From contig CAWGED010000008.1 in assembly GCA_963821525.1 (NCBI GenBank), forward strand, positions 64,001 to 128,000: 64,000 nt of DNA, read 5' to 3'. Source of the stretch: an uncultured Gemmatimonadales bacterium (GTDB lineage: Bacteria; Gemmatimonadota; Gemmatimonadetes; Gemmatimonadales; GWC2-71-9). The notes under the pieces were generated by a model. The model was not told the DNA's origin and made no database searches. It saw only the letters and a program-made list of their open reading frames with translations. Numbering within the stretch: position 1 is the first letter of the stretch; every line of letters begins with the position of its first letter. Position numbers and translations under genes: made by a program. Below, piece after piece: positions 37,885 to 47,064 of this stretch.

Positions 37885-38822
37885 TGACCGCGGCGATCGA
37901 GGCCATCCAGCTAACGCGCCGCTTCGGAGACTTCACCGCGGTTAACGCCTTGTCGATCTCGGTAGAGACCGGAGAAATCTTCGGCCTCCTGGGGCCCAAC
38001 GGCGCCGGGAAGACCACCGCGATCAAGATGCTCACCGGTCTGATGCAGCCCAGCGAAGGCACGGCACGCATCGCCGGATTCGATGTCGACCGGGAATCCG
38101 AGCAAGTGAAGAGGCGCCTGGGCTACATGTCCCAGCTCTTCTCACTGTATCCCGACCTCACCGTCGATGAGAACATCGTCTTCTTCGCAGGTCTGTATGG
38201 AGTCACCGGTGCGCGGCTGGAGAAACGGCGGGCATGGGTGTTGGAAATGGCCGGACTGGATCGCCAACGGGATACCATGACCAGCGCACTCGCCCTGGGC
38301 TGGAAACAGCGGCTGGCCCTGGGTTGTGCGGTGCTGCACGAGCCTCCAGTGCTGTTTCTCGACGAGCCTACTTCCGGAGTAGACCCGCTCTCTCGCCGCC
38401 GGTTCTGGGATCTGATTCAGTCGCTCGCCGAATCGGGGACCACGGTGCTCGTCAGCACCCACTACCTGGAGGAAGCAGAGTATTGCCACCGCGTGGCGCT
38501 GATGAACCGGGGTCGTCTGGTTGCCCTGGACCGTCCCGCCCAACTGCGCGGCGAGGCCACGGACCCTCTGTTCGAACTGGAGACTCCCGATCCGCTTCGG
38601 GCGGTCGAGGTGCTGACCGGAGACCCAGGGGTGGTGGATGCCGTGCTGTTCGGCCGAAACGTCCACCTCACTCTTCACGAGGCGAAAGACGCAGACCGGC
38701 GCATTCGGGAGCTTCTTGGCACGAGAGGAGTAGCGGTGACATCTCTGGAGCCGGTCGCACCGTCTCTGGAAGATGCGGTCGTTAGTCTGATCCGTCGTAC
38801 CGGGGGTGCGGCTGATGACTGA
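37884..38822 (+). CDS. ABC transporter ATP-binding protein (YbhF C-half-like)
   Basis: GPNGAGKTT, LALGWKQRL, FLDEPTSGVDP; ATG overlaps the previous stop (TGATG). Confidence 0.95.
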   Translation: MTAAIEAIQLTRRFGDFTAVNALSISVETGEIFGLLGPNGAGKTTAIKMLTGLMQPSEGTARIAGFDVDRESEQVKRRLGYMSQLFSLYPDLTVDENIVFFAGLYGVTGARLEKRRAWVLEMAGLDRQRDTMTSALALGWKQRLALGCAVLHEPPVLFLDEPTSGVDPLSRRRFWDLIQSLAESGTTVLVSTHYLEEAEYCHRVALMNRGRLVALDRPAQLRGEATDPLFELETPDPLRAVEVLTGDPGVVDAVLFGRNVHLTLHEAKDADRRIRELLGTRGVAVTSLEPVAPSLEDAVVSLIRRTGGAADD

Positions 38823-39930
38823 GCGGATCTTCGCCGTCGCGCGGAAAGAGGTGATTCAGCTTCGGCGCGATCCACGGAGCCTTACACTGGCATTCGGACT
38901 CCCGGTGCTCCTGGTGTTGCTCTTCGGCTATGCCGTGAGCTTCGACGTCAAAGACGTCAGGCTCGCGATTCTGGACGAGGACAAGACCAGTACCAGCCGG
39001 GAGCTGATCGACGCCTTCAGGGAAACCAAGGTCTTCCGCGATCTCGGCGCGATTTCCCGTAGAGCGGATGCAGACCGCCTGCTGACTCAGGGGAAGGCAC
39101 AGATCGTAATCATCATCTCCAAAGGCTTCGCGGCCGATGCGGCCGGGCATCGGGGAGGTCGGATCCAGGCGCTGGTAGACGGTGCCGATGCCAACACCGC
39201 ATCCATCTCGGTTTCCTACGCGGAGGCGACGGTTGCGGCCTGGGGTCAGCGGCAAGCAGCCAAGGTAGCGCCGGTCCAGGGTGGAGTCCGGCCGGAGATC
39301 CGCGCCTGGTACAACGAGACCCTCGACAGCCGGCTCGCGATCGTTCCGGGATTGATCGCAGTGATCATGATGGTCATCGCGGCCATGCTCACCTCGCTTA
39401 CCATCGCGAGAGAATGGGAGCGGGGTACGATGGAGCAGCTGGCCTCGACACCAGTTGACCCGCTCGAGGTGATCGGCGGCAAGCTGCTTCCTTACCTCGC
39501 CATCGGTCTCATCGACATGGGAGTGACTGTTCTCCTCGGCATCTTCGTGTTCCAGGTGCCGTTCCACGGAAGCCTTCTCCTTCTCTTCGTGACCTCGCTG
39601 CTCTTCCTCCTGGGAGGACTGGGCCTGGGCATCTTCGTCAGCACCGTGGTCAAGTCGCAGCTGGTGGCGACCCAGATGAGCATGCTCATCACCTTCCTCC
39701 CCGGGTTCCTGCTCTCGGGGTTCGCGTTCGACATCGACAACATGCCGGTGGTCCTTCAGGGGGTGAGCCTGCTGGTTCCGGCTCGCTACTTCATCGTGGT
39801 GACGAGAGGAATCTTCCTCAAGGGAGTGGGCCTCGAGGTCCTGTGGCCGCCGATTCTGGCACTCACCCTCTTCGCGCTTGGGGGTCTCACCCTCGCGGTG
39901 CGGGCTTTCCACAAGGAGCTGGAGCCGTGA
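38815..39930 (+). CDS. ABC-2 permease (YbhS-like)
   Basis: ARKEVIQLRRDPR, LLFGYAV, AREWERGTMEQL, LLSGF. Confidence 0.95.
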   Translation: MTERIFAVARKEVIQLRRDPRSLTLAFGLPVLLVLLFGYAVSFDVKDVRLAILDEDKTSTSRELIDAFRETKVFRDLGAISRRADADRLLTQGKAQIVIIISKGFAADAAGHRGGRIQALVDGADANTASISVSYAEATVAAWGQRQAAKVAPVQGGVRPEIRAWYNETLDSRLAIVPGLIAVIMMVIAAMLTSLTIAREWERGTMEQLASTPVDPLEVIGGKLLPYLAIGLIDMGVTVLLGIFVFQVPFHGSLLLLFVTSLLFLLGGLGLGIFVSTVVKSQLVATQMSMLITFLPGFLLSGFAFDIDNMPVVLQGVSLLVPARYFIVVTRGIFLKGVGLEVLWPPILALTLFALGGLTLAVRAFHKELEP

Positions 39931-41033
39931 GCCCTGGACGCCTGCGCGAGCTGGTTCGCAAGGAGATGAAGCAGATGCTGCGGGACCCGAAGATGAAGCG
40001 GATCATCTTCGTGGCCCCGGTGATCCAGCTCCTGGTATTTGGCTACGCGGTCAACACCGATGTGCGGAACGCGCCGACCATCCTCGTGGATCAGGACAAC
40101 ACTCCGACCTCGCGAGCCCTCGCCGACGCGCTCACTGCTTCGGGGAATTTCGCGATCACTCAGCGCTCGAGCCGTAGCGGGGATATTGACAGGTCGCTGG
40201 ACAACGGGTCGGTCCTGGCCGGAGTGCTGGTCTCTCCCGGCTTCGAGCGCGACCTCCGGGCGGGACGAGATGCAGCCGTTCAGGTGCTGGTTGATGGTAG
40301 CCGGTCCAACTCGGCGAACCTGGTCCGTGGTTACGCCCTGCGGATCATTCAGCGGTTCGGCACCGCGCAGTCCGGGCAGGCTCCGGTCATGATCACCGAC
40401 TTCCGGCCGCAGGTCTGGTACAATCCCGATCTCCAGAGCAAGGTCTACAACGTCCCCGCCGTTGCCGGCGTCATCATCCTGCTCATGTGCCTTCTGCTCA
40501 CCGCGCTCGCGGTGGTGCGAGAACGCGAACTGGGCACTCTTGAGCAGCTCATGGTAAGCCCGATGCAGCCCTCGGAGCTGATCCTGGGGAAGACGATTCC
40601 AGTGGCCATGGTGGGATTGATCGACCTGGTGCTGGTGACGACCGTGGCGCTGCTCTGGTTCAGAATCCCCTTCCGGGGAAGCTTTCTGCTGCTCTTCGCC
40701 GCGAGCCTGCTTTACATCCTGGCCGCGCTGGGAATGGGACTGCTCATTTCCTCGATCTCCCGCACCCAGCAGGAAGCGTTCATGACGATGTTCCTGTTCT
40801 TCTTCCCGGCGATGCTGCTTTCGGGGTTCATGTTTCCCATCTCCAGCATGCCGGCTGCGATCCAGCTTATCACGCTCATCAATCCGATCCGGTATTTCCT
40901 GGAGATTCTGCGCGGCTTGTTCCTCAAAGGCGCCGGCCTCGATGTCCTGTTTCCCAAGCTCGCCGTGTTGGCCGTCATGGCAACCGTGCTGCTCGTGCTG
41001 GCGTCGATAGGACTCCGGAAGAAGATCGGATGA
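39927..41033 (+). CDS. ABC-2 permease (YbhR-like)
   Basis: VRKEMKQMLRDP, LVFGYAVN, VRERELGTLEQL, LSGFMFPISSMP; GTG 39927. Confidence 0.95.
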   Translation: MSPGRLRELVRKEMKQMLRDPKMKRIIFVAPVIQLLVFGYAVNTDVRNAPTILVDQDNTPTSRALADALTASGNFAITQRSSRSGDIDRSLDNGSVLAGVLVSPGFERDLRAGRDAAVQVLVDGSRSNSANLVRGYALRIIQRFGTAQSGQAPVMITDFRPQVWYNPDLQSKVYNVPAVAGVIILLMCLLLTALAVVRERELGTLEQLMVSPMQPSELILGKTIPVAMVGLIDLVLVTTVALLWFRIPFRGSFLLLFAASLLYILAALGMGLLISSISRTQQEAFMTMFLFFFPAMLLSGFMFPISSMPAAIQLITLINPIRYFLEILRGLFLKGAGLDVLFPKLAVLAVMATVLLVLASIGLRKKIG

Positions 41034-41043
41034 GGACGAGGTC

Positions 41044-41134
41044 AAAGGACTGAGGACTGAGGACTGAGGGGAGGGCAAAAATTTCGAGGAGTGGAGTAGA
41101 TTCTATCGACTCAGTCCTCAGTCCTCAGTCCTTT
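41044..41134. repeat. Palindromic heptamer element (GGACTGA x3 / TCAGTCC x3)
   Basis: Perfect 25-bp inverted repeat: AAAGGACTGAGGACTGAGGACTGAG (41044-41068) and CTCAGTCCTCAGTCCTCAGTCCTTT (41110-41134), 41-bp spacer. Confidence 0.95.
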
Positions 41135-41162
41135 CTACTCTAGACTGACTCGGAGCTCGAGC

Positions 41163-41594
41163 ATGACCACCAGTACTGCCTCCGCCGTCTGGGAAGGCGG
41201 CCTCAAGACCGGCAAGGGAAACTTTAGCGCGGGATCAGGGGCCTTCCAGGGCGCTTATTCCTTTTCCACCCGATTCGAAGGTGCCAAGGGGACCAACCCC
41301 GAGGAGTTGATCGCGGCAGCCCACGCGGCCTGCCTCAGCATGGCGTTGGCTGCCGGATTAGAGAAGGCCGGCACACCCGCCAACAAGATCAACACGACTG
41401 CCTCATGCACCATCGAGGCTGGGGGCGGAGGAATCAAGATCACCCACATGAAGCTGGTGGTGCGCGGCACCGTACCGGGTATCGAGCAGACAGCGTTCAG
41501 CCGCGCCGCCGAGGAGGCCAAGGACGGCTGCCCGGTCTCCGGTGCAATGAAGGGGAACGTCGCCTTCGAGCTGGACGCCATCCTGCTGGAATAG
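41163..41594 (+). CDS. osmC: OsmC family peroxiredoxin
   Basis: AVWEGGLKTGKG, GTNPEELIAAAHAACLSMAL, AKDGCPVS. Confidence 0.95.
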   Translation: MTTSTASAVWEGGLKTGKGNFSAGSGAFQGAYSFSTRFEGAKGTNPEELIAAAHAACLSMALAAGLEKAGTPANKINTTASCTIEAGGGGIKITHMKLVVRGTVPGIEQTAFSRAAEEAKDGCPVSGAMKGNVAFELDAILLE

Positions 41595-41739
41595 CCTCGC
41601 CCGGCCCGGGCTCAGCGGGCCGGCATCATCACTTCCATAGTTCATCCCCGCCCGGGTGAGAATCCCTCCCACCCGGGCGCGTCAGAAGAGAGAGGGGCCA
41701 GCTTGGCCCTCTCCCATTCTCTTTTGACACGAGGCTAAC

Positions 41740-42619
41740 GTGCCGCTCTCCAACTTGGATTCTGTCATGGGTTTACTGGCCCTGGCCGCCGCGATGGCCC
41801 AGCCGGCGAGCGCTCAGATTTCGGCTGGACCGGCCGGCTCCGGGCGGGGAAACCCCCTCAGGGTGGAACATCAGCTACAAGGTTCCTCCGCAATGGCAGG
41901 TAGCCAAGAGGCTGGGCCGGCTCGAAATGCTGACCTCGAACACGGCGGCCGGTGCGATCTTCGTGGCGCCCGGACTCTACCGGTCCTTCGATGAAGCGGT
42001 TGCTGACCTCTCGGCCTTCTACCAGTCGATGAACCTCCAGGCATACCCGGCGGAACAGCCCACCCAGAGCACGATAGCTGGTATGCAGGCGATGACCGCC
42101 ACTTATGCCTCCCAGGATCAGTCAGGCCACACCGTCCAGGGACGGTTCATCGCTCTACTCACGCCGCACGGGACCGGCTTCAACATGCTTGCGATGACGA
42201 CACCAGAGCAGATGTCTGGGCTACGCGCCGTGCTCGAACAGGTGGCGGCGAGTGTCAAGGCAGGTCCACCCGACGTCAATCAGCAGTCGATGGCCGCGTT
42301 GGCGGGAACCTGGATCCTCTACGCGGGAAACTACGAAGGTGGAACCAAGGTCGGCGGCACTACCTCGCACAGTCATGAGGAGACGGTGGTCTTCGACGGA
42401 CGGGGCAGCTTCCAGTACCAATCCACGTCGACCGTAATGGTTGTGACCCCCGGTTACACCGGTGGCGGTGACGGGGCCAGCCAGACCAGCGATGCGGGCA
42501 GCTATACCATCATCGGGAATACGCTGGTCTTCAAGAGCTCGAAGGGCCAGATCGCCGTGGACTTTCAGCTCCAGGGCGGACAATTGGTGGCGGGAGGCAA
42601 GACATACCTGCGCCAATGA
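41740..42619 (+). CDS. Exported hypothetical protein (indels near 41850 and 41905)
   Basis: Signal peptide MGLLALAAAMAQPASA in ORF 41740; middle frame GETPSGWNISYKVPPQWQV; continues as ORF 41927..42619 with a beta-rich C-terminus (LAGTW...FDGRGSF...DAGSYTIIGNTL). Confidence 0.7.
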
Positions 42620-42701
42620 CCTGGGAGAATACCCGAACGTCGAGCAGTAGCTGACGGGGGACGCCTTGTCCCCGAGCGGACCACGCGGTATCTCATCCGT
42701 A

Positions 42702-45590
42702 ATGCTTGTCATCCTGTCTCTTCTCAGCGCTCTGACCGGCCTCCAGGCCGGGCAGGGGGAATCGCCTCGCGATATAGCGACAGTGGCGCAGCATGCTTTT
42801 GAGCATGACAGCGCCGTCCCGATCGCTTCAGGTTGGGCCGTACGCTTATCGCGCGACTCCTCGGATAGGGCCGCCGCCCTTGGTCTGGCTACCCTCGCGG
42901 CTCTGCGCCACGACTCGCTCGAGGCGCACGAGGCGTATCAACGACTGATCACCACCCTCCCCTCCCGCGACCCCTACCGGATTCAGGCATTGATCGGGCT
43001 GGGGACAGTCGAGCTCTGGAATGTCCCATTCGATACTTCGGCTGCCCGATTCGCCCTGGCAGCCGATCTCGCGGCCCGAACCGGCGATCGCTCCGCACAG
43101 GCAACGGCCCTCGGATTCCTCGGCTTCCTGCAATCCCGTCTCACGGGAATGACCGCCGGACTCGCGATCATGGATTCCGCGGAGCGTGTCACACCGCCCG
43201 GGGATGATGAAGTGCTTGCCTTCGTCGCCTGCACCAAGGCGCCGATCATGAGTTTCGCCGGTCAGGGCGATCCGGAGCACGAGGCGAGGCTTGGGCTTGC
43301 GGCCGCGCACCGTAGCGGCTCACTCAGGATGATCGGGCACTGCTATCACGCGCTGGCCAACGTCCTCATCAACACCGAGACGCAGCCCGAAACCCCGGCA
43401 GCCAATCTTGACAGCGCCATCACGGCCCTGCGCGCCGCGCATGACGGGGCCATGCTATCACTTGCTCTCTTCACCCGGGGATACAACGCCTCGGCCGTAT
43501 TCGACTTTGGTGAGGCGCGACGCTGGCTGTCCGAAGCGGTGGTTGCAGGCGACAGCGTTGGCTGCCGGTTCGCAATTGCCTGGGCAAAGCGGTTTCTCTC
43601 CCTGGTCAGCTGGCAGTTTGGAGACAAACGCTCGTCCGTCGAAGACTTCCTGATTGCCAAGCGGATTTTTACGACGTTGAACGACCGGTTCGCCCTGGGG
43701 AACATCGCGGCGGCCGAGGGCAGTGTCGCACTGGAAATGGGGCGGCTGGATGAGGCTGAGGCCATCTTCCGCCGTGGGCTCGCCAATGCAGAGCGCAGCG
43801 GGTCGGCCGAAGGAGTGCTCTTTTCCCATCATCGCCTGGCGGCGGTGAAGGCCTTCCGCGAAGACTGGGAAGGAGCTCGGGTCGAACTCCTGACGGCCAT
43901 GAAGTACGGCGATAGCCACGGCCATGCCGGCTGGAGCAGTGGGCTGCAGTACCCTCTGGGCCTCGTCTCTTTACGCATGAATGATCTCCCGGAGGCAGAG
44001 CGCTACCTGAAGGGGGCGCTCTCGACCAGCGGATCCGATCAGTACCTGGACCAATACGCCATCAAGACCCGGCTCGCCGAGGTGTACGTTCGCAAGGGCG
44101 ACTTCGCGCGGGCGCTGGATGAGGCGACGACCGCGTCGGATCGCCTCGACGCGTTTCGGGCCGGACTGAGCGACCACGACCTCAGGCTACTGGTCTTCCA
44201 GGCCCGATCGCAATGGGACGAGCCCGATGCGGGACTGGCGACGATCGTGGCCGAGTTGGTCGGCGCAGGCTACGTGCGCGAGGCGTTTCGTCTCGCTGAG
44301 CGAAGGAGAGCCCGCACCCTGACCGACCACATGGTGCAGACCATGGCGCTCTCGGATTCAGCCGGTGGTGGGCCCCGCGCAGAGGCTACGGCGGATCCAG
44401 TCGAGCTCGCGGGCGCCGCGATCGACTCCCAGACCGCACTGCTGGAATACCTCGCGGGACCCCGCGGCCAGCGCACCACACTTTTTGTGGCGACTCCGCT
44501 CCGACTGGCCGGCTACGTCCTGCCGCCGCTCGATTCCCTGGGTCCGGACATTGAGCGATTCACCGCCCTGCTCTCCTCCGGCGACGACGGCAGCAAGCTC
44601 GGCAGTCGACTTCGCGCCGCCTTGCTCGATTCCGCTCTGGCCGGACTTCCAGCCGAGATCCACAGGTTCGTCCTGGTCCCTGATGGTCCCCTGCATCGGC
44701 TGCCGTTCGACGCGTTGATGCTGTCCACCAACGAGCCGGTGGTGACCCGTTACGCCATCACGGTGGCACCCTCCGCTGCAGTGGCGGCCAGGCTGCACGC
44801 ACGTCCCTCGAGCACGCTCCCCCCTCGCGTGCTGGCCATCGCGGATCCTCGATTCGCTTCGGAGAAGAGCGGAGATGAGGAGACCAGCATCTATCGTGCA
44901 GCCTTCACCGCGACCGGCGGGTTGCCCCGGCTTGGAGGTTCTGCCGATGAGGCCAGAGCCGTCAGTCGCTATGGCCGTCGCGCGGTTCTCCGGCTTCGGG
45001 ACGAGGCCAGTGAGGCGTTCCTCAAACAGGCTCCGCTCGACAGCTTCCGCATCATCCATCTTGCGACCCATGCCATCGTCGATGAAGGCACGCTCAGCCG
45101 GACCGCGTTGGCCCTGGCGCCCGGACAGGACGAGGATGGCTTCGTCGGACCTGCGGATCTCGCAAACCTGCGACTGGTTGCGGATGTCGTGGTCCTCTCC
45201 GCTTGCCGCACTGCGGGGGGATGGGTGGTAGGAGGGGAAGGCATCCAGGGGCTGACTGCCCCGCTGCTCGAGGCGGGTGCCCGCTCGGTTCTCGCAACGC
45301 TCTGGCCGATCAAGGACCGCTCGCGAAACACCCTGATCGAACCCTTCTACAGAGGGCTCGCCGATGGTCTTCCCGCGACCGACGCACTGCAGCGCGCGAA
45401 ACTGGAGGCGATCCGGAAGGGCGCGCCTCCGGCAGTATGGGCTTCCTTCACATTGATCGGTGATCCTCTCGCGCGAGTACCGCTGGAGCGGCCGACCAGC
45501 CGGAGTGGTGCGTCTTTGGTTGGGGTCCTGATCGGATTGGTAGTGGTCGCTCTGATTGCGCGCTGGAGGTTCAGGGTGCTGCGGTCTTGA
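42702..45590 (+). CDS. Exported TPR-CHAT (caspase-like) protease with C-terminal TM anchor
   Basis: Hydrophobic N-terminus MLVILSLLSALTGLQA; helical TPR-like repeats; CHAT motifs LVPDGPLHRLPFDAL, IIHLATHA (His), VVLSAC (Cys), AGARSVLATLWPI, WASFTLIG; tail LVGVLIGLVVVALIARWRFR. Confidence 0.92.
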   Translation: MLVILSLLSALTGLQAGQGESPRDIATVAQHAFEHDSAVPIASGWAVRLSRDSSDRAAALGLATLAALRHDSLEAHEAYQRLITTLPSRDPYRIQALIGLGTVELWNVPFDTSAARFALAADLAARTGDRSAQATALGFLGFLQSRLTGMTAGLAIMDSAERVTPPGDDEVLAFVACTKAPIMSFAGQGDPEHEARLGLAAAHRSGSLRMIGHCYHALANVLINTETQPETPAANLDSAITALRAAHDGAMLSLALFTRGYNASAVFDFGEARRWLSEAVVAGDSVGCRFAIAWAKRFLSLVSWQFGDKRSSVEDFLIAKRIFTTLNDRFALGNIAAAEGSVALEMGRLDEAEAIFRRGLANAERSGSAEGVLFSHHRLAAVKAFREDWEGARVELLTAMKYGDSHGHAGWSSGLQYPLGLVSLRMNDLPEAERYLKGALSTSGSDQYLDQYAIKTRLAEVYVRKGDFARALDEATTASDRLDAFRAGLSDHDLRLLVFQARSQWDEPDAGLATIVAELVGAGYVREAFRLAERRRARTLTDHMVQTMALSDSAGGGPRAEATADPVELAGAAIDSQTALLEYLAGPRGQRTTLFVATPLRLAGYVLPPLDSLGPDIERFTALLSSGDDGSKLGSRLRAALLDSALAGLPAEIHRFVLVPDGPLHRLPFDALMLSTNEPVVTRYAITVAPSAAVAARLHARPSSTLPPRVLAIADPRFASEKSGDEETSIYRAAFTATGGLPRLGGSADEARAVSRYGRRAVLRLRDEASEAFLKQAPLDSFRIIHLATHAIVDEGTLSRTALALAPGQDEDGFVGPADLANLRLVADVVVLSACRTAGGWVVGGEGIQGLTAPLLEAGARSVLATLWPIKDRSRNTLIEPFYRGLADGLPATDALQRAKLEAIRKGAPPAVWASFTLIGDPLARVPLERPTSRSGASLVGVLIGLVVVALIARWRFRVLRS

Positions 45591-46191
45591 AGCGCTGCAG
45601 GGTCGAACGAATGTGCTCCCCGTTGGCGAATTCGGCGACGACGGCCCAGCGATAGTCCGCGCCTGGCTGAAGCGGGGTGTCGGACGGCATGGTCGCGGTC
45701 GTATCGGTGCCCGCGTGCTGCCAGACGAGATCTCCCGAAGGCGTGAGCACCTCGATCCGATACTGCAATACATTCGCAACGGGATGCCACACGAAGGATG
45801 CTGGAGGTACCACTTTGGCGTCCCGCGCCGGGGTCTCCATCGCGATCTGCGCCCCGTCTCCCCTCAGGACGGACTCATCACGCGGCGAGCTGAGCCGCCA
45901 GATCAGCGCGGCTCCGAGAAGCAGCGTCAAGGCAGCTGCGAGAGCGGTCACCCGGGGAAAAGAACGCCGCGGCTCAGCCTTGGCCACCGAACGCAGTAGT
46001 TCGAATTCGGGGAGGCAGTACGGACACCCCATGATGTGGTCGATCCGGCGAAGGCGCTCCTCTTCGGAAATTTCCGGCTGCAACAGCTCCTGCATCGCCT
46101 CTGGTGTGAGGCAGGAGGTCCGATCGGCCTCTCCAGAGGCTCGGATGGCCAGCAAGCGGTCATAGCTTTCCCGCATGCGCTCCTCCTTCAT
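45571..46191 (-). CDS. Putative zinc-binding anti-sigma factor with extracytoplasmic Ig/FN3-like domain
   Basis: C...HIMGCPYC (HxxxCxxC); TM ALAAALTLLLGAALIW; then VLRG and FVWHPVANVLQYRIEV...LQPGADYRWAV; overlaps the ECF stop. Confidence 0.85.
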   Translation of the reverse strand: MKEERMRESYDRLLAIRASGEADRTSCLTPEAMQELLQPEISEEERLRRIDHIMGCPYCLPEFELLRSVAKAEPRRSFPRVTALAAALTLLLGAALIWRLSSPRDESVLRGDGAQIAMETPARDAKVVPPASFVWHPVANVLQYRIEVLTPSGDLVWQHAGTDTTATMPSDTPLQPGADYRWAVVAEFANGEHIRSTLQRFKTAAP

Positions 46192-46739
46192 GAGTCCACC
46201 TCGGGGCCGATTCCCATGCTGGTGAGCCGTTCCCGCAGGTCCGCCAATCCCCGGTAGAGCAGGTTCCTGGTCTTGGCCTCGGTCCAGCCCAGCAGATCGG
46301 CGATTTCCTCCCGGCCGTACCCCGCCAGGTACATCCGCACGACCGAGCGCCTGGAATCGGCGAGGCGTCCTACCGCTTCACCGATCTGCTCCGCCAGCTC
46401 GGCCCCATCCATGAGTGCCTCGGGTGAGGGCGCTTCCCCCAGGATCGCCTCTCCGGTGACCCGGCTCACCCGAACCGGAGTCTCCCGCCGCGCCCGCCGT
46501 CGTCGGAGGAGGTCCAGGGCTGCAGACGCGGCCGTGCGATATATATAGGACGCAGGAGCTGCCTCGATTTTCTCGCCGTTCTGCAACGCCTTCCAGAGTC
46601 GCACTCGCACCTCCTGCACCAGGTCGTCGACGTCCTTTCCCGCGAGGCCATGCCGAAGCCCCACTCTGCGCACCCGGTCGGCGAACCGGTTGAGCACGGT
46701 TTCGAGCGCCCGGGACTCCGGATCTGTGGGGAAGGTCAC
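46188..46739 (-). CDS. ECF RNA polymerase sigma factor
   Basis: DVDDLVQEVRVRLWK, SYIYRTAASAALDLLRRRR, GYGREEIADLLGWTEAKTRNLLYRGLADLRERL; GTG 46739 lies 7 nt after TACCTT. Confidence 0.93.
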   Translation of the reverse strand: MTFPTDPESRALETVLNRFADRVRRVGLRHGLAGKDVDDLVQEVRVRLWKALQNGEKIEAAPASYIYRTAASAALDLLRRRRARRETPVRVSRVTGEAILGEAPSPEALMDGAELAEQIGEAVGRLADSRRSVVRMYLAGYGREEIADLLGWTEAKTRNLLYRGLADLRERLTSMGIGPEVDS

Positions 46740-46867
46740 AAGCCTGAAGGTACGCCCACCGCATGGCCGCGCAACGTGGATTTGAGCCGTGAGAACGGGG
46801 AGGCGGCCGCTGCGTAGCTCTGATGAGGGGTGCAATGAGGCACCCACTAACCGCACCAGGAGGAAGT

Positions 46868-47017
46868 ATGTCAGCGTCACGCGTCAACGCCCGTCGGCTG
46901 TTCGCCCTGAGCACCATCCTGCTCGGCATGTTGCTGGCTGGTAGTGCCTGCACCAACGACCCGAACGGAGAAACGGGGCAATGCTCTTACAACGGGACCT
47001 CGCACGCCTGCGAGTAG
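46868..47017 (+). CDS. Small predicted lipopeptide (49 aa)
   Basis: Strong RBS AGGAGG; MSASRVNARRLFALSTILLGMLLAGSA-C-TNDPNGETGQCSYNGTSHACE; followed by a GC hairpin. Confidence 0.75.
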   Translation: MSASRVNARRLFALSTILLGMLLAGSACTNDPNGETGQCSYNGTSHACE

Positions 47018-47030
47018 CCTGATTGGTGGA

Positions 47031-47057
47031 GGGGGCGCACGACATCGGTGCGCCCTC
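47031..47057. terminator. Hairpin between convergent genes
   Basis: GGGCGCAC-gacatcg-GTGCGCCC. Confidence 0.55.
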
Positions 47058-47064
47058 AAATCCC

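Noticed and set aside
41598..41713. Three consecutive GC hairpins after osmC as an ncRNA or riboswitch
   Set aside because: Stems exist (e.g. CGCCCGGGTG/CACCCGGGCG at 41649-41679), but I recognise no family motif; terminator-type hairpins are sufficient explanation.
42702..45590. CHAT protein as type III-E CRISPR Csx29
   Set aside because: No Cas7-11 or array nearby, and the protein appears exported and membrane-anchored.
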